A stretch of 64,000 nt of DNA. Source: Leptonemataceae bacterium (GTDB taxonomy: Bacteria > Spirochaetota > Leptospiria > Leptospirales > Leptonemataceae). The position numbers and the translations under genes are program-made. Location of the stretch: contig OZ245742.1 in NCBI GenBank assembly GCA_965227295.1, positions 2,304,001-2,368,000 on the forward strand, read 5' to 3'. The notes beneath the pieces are model-generated. The model had not been told where the DNA came from and did no database searches. It saw nothing but the letters and a program-made list of their open reading frames with translations. Of the stretch, positions 62,718 through 64,000 are shown piece by piece (position 1 is the first letter of the stretch; every line of letters starts with the position of its first letter).

Positions 62718-63245
62718 TCATAGTTTCCGCTCTACCTTCTGTAGAGCGGACTTGATGCCAGACTCGAATTGACGTTTTTTGAAAGCAGGTACGAGGGTGG
62801 TTGCGATCACATCGTTGAAATAGTCGTTCCGAATTGATTGTGCGAGTTTCCGATCTGCTTCAATTCGAATTTTTCCATCACGAGTGGCAATCACAATAAG
62901 CATGGACATATTCTCCGCCGGAATGTGCCCAGCTGAGTCCCACTGTCTGGCAGCTGTTAAAGAGAAGTCCTCAATTGGGATACCGTTCGTAGTTTCTACA
63001 ATAAGAATAGCCGATGATAAACGTTTGTTTTTTTCCAACTTTTCGATAGTGGATTCAATGCGAAGGATGCTATCGGCTGCGAGAATCTCTGCGTAATCGT
63101 TCACAGATCCCTGTACTGTGGTCGCAAGTTGCTGTGAATTGATCGGAGAGTCCTTTGCTTCTGGGAAGAAATTGCACTGCACACGTGGGAAGCAACTCAC
63201 AATGAATGCAAGGACAATAATGAGAGCGACTCTGCTGCGGATCAT
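62718..63245 (-). CDS. TPM domain (YgcG-like) protein, possibly lipoprotein
   Basis: VNDYAEIL, IEDFS, LIVIATRDGKIRIE, PAFKKRQFESGI; start set at MIRSRVALII. Confidence 0.8.
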   Translation of the reverse strand: MIRSRVALIIVLAFIVSCFPRVQCNFFPEAKDSPINSQQLATTVQGSVNDYAEILAADSILRIESTIEKLEKNKRLSSAILIVETTNGIPIEDFSLTAARQWDSAGHIPAENMSMLIVIATRDGKIRIEADRKLAQSIRNDYFNDVIATTLVPAFKKRQFESGIKSALQKVERKL

Positions 63246-63366
63246 TAGTGTTTTATCGATGCTCTCCTTTACTTCGTCAACTGGAATTGGTCTATGAAAA
63301 TTGAAAATCTTTTTGGATGTGTCGAATAGGGTGTAAGCTTGAAATACTCGTCGACGCCTCCAGGCG

Positions 63367-63444
63367 GCCCCACGCCGGGTTATCCCTTGCGAGTCTTTGA
63401 ATGAGCCGGATTTCTTCGACTGGAATTCGCGGCCGGCGCGGTCG
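63367..63444 (-). mobile_element. transposase/integrase remnant
   Basis: RPRIPVEEIRLIQRLARDNPAWG resembles the RP...LIxxxAxxNPxWG segment of rve-core transposases. Confidence 0.5.
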
Positions 63445-63724
63445 ATTGTAGTTGCAAGGGAAGATTGCTCGTAGCCTACTTGCGAAAATGTGCCCAACAG
63501 GCACGCCGGAATGACTGCTGTAACAGAGACATTTCGGATGAGATCAGGGGATCTTTAACAGGCAAGCAGTGATAGTCTGAACGGACTGACTGCGGCGAGA
63601 AGAAACAGCAGAGGTTCGCCTCTGCCGAAGCGATATACCGAATTCCGCACACGTGTGCGGAATTCTCCCTTCGAGAGTCGGGGCCGCTGAGTTCTTTGCG
63701 GCTAATGTCTGATTCACAAGCGTT
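63443..63724. repeat. 282-bp cassette-boundary repeat, copy B
   Basis: Direct repeat of 58784-59066; palindrome at 63640-63665. Confidence 0.92.
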
Positions 63725-63839
63725 AGCGATGCGGAGGGTGGCGCGCAGCGCCAGTCTCGCGTCTTCGCGAGACCGCAGCGAAGCGGAGCCCGTAGCAGCG
63801 CGACGGCCCGCCGCCTCCGCGGCGCGGCGGGCCGGAACG
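63721..63839 (+). repeat. REP-like structured element interrupted by the intron
   Basis: CGTTAGCGATGCGGAGGG...AGCGAAGCGGAGCCCGTAGCAGCGCGAC-hairpin-GAACG, lacking the terminal CCC. Confidence 0.75.
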
Positions 63840-64000
63840 GTGTGCCCGGCATGGGCGATGACTACCGGTGAGAGTCCGGAACCGTAGGTCAGCAAAACGG
63901 TTAGCAGAGGGCAAGGGTTCCATCGCGAGGTGTGGCCTGAAGGAAGCCGTATGCGAAATTCCGATCCGACGAACAGGAATCTGATGAGGCTGGTGTCCCC
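63840..64000 (+). mobile_element. group II intron, class IIC, 5' end (domain I; continues beyond window)
   Basis: Starts GTGTGCCCGGCATGGG, then GGTGAGAGTCC, GCAAGGGT, CTGAAGGAAGC and ATGAGGCT in the order recalled for the Oceanobacillus iheyensis IIC intron; lies 5 nt after a stem-loop. Confidence 0.88.

Noticed and set aside
63981..63987. Hammerhead ribozyme core CTGATGA
   Set aside because: Falls within intron domain I; I found no hammerhead core in the repeat families either.
1..64000. tRNA or rRNA genes
   Set aside because: No cloverleaf or rRNA-like conserved sequence recognised by eye.

Overview
GC-rich bacterial chromosome segment, probably from a Leptospirales spirochaete (inferred from the Lsa36-like surface protein, 7TM-DISM kinase, SpoIIE-TPR phosphatase, DUF1566 lipoprotein and giant secreted protein). 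The first 45 kb hold housekeeping and signalling genes (map, mltG, rnr, tsaB, tsaE, exbBD, gmhA, purN, purH, two class III cyclases, a hybrid histidine kinase, HDOD and GGDEF proteins). They are interrupted by small accessory islets: two TA loci with broken toxins, a frameshifted nuclease-like gene and an ABC-ATPase plus nuclease-like pair. The main feature is a polymorphic toxin locus at 45.1-63.7 kb. A ~4,210-aa signal-peptide-bearing carrier with no recognisable RHS/CdiA/LXG/HINT domain ends in an Ntox30-type RNase (RxH and THIP motifs) and is followed by a candidate immunity gene. Next comes a 5'-truncated second copy of the carrier's C-terminal part with a different tip and a different, membrane-type candidate immunity gene. 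Both units end in the same ~283-bp structured non-coding repeat, giving a cassette array. The window ends in the 5' part of a class IIC group II intron inserted into a dispersed REP-like structured element. A separate unexplained family of 330-422-bp tandem repeats with exchangeable hairpin modules forms three arrays. All calls come from reading the sequence and recognising motifs; no searches were run.
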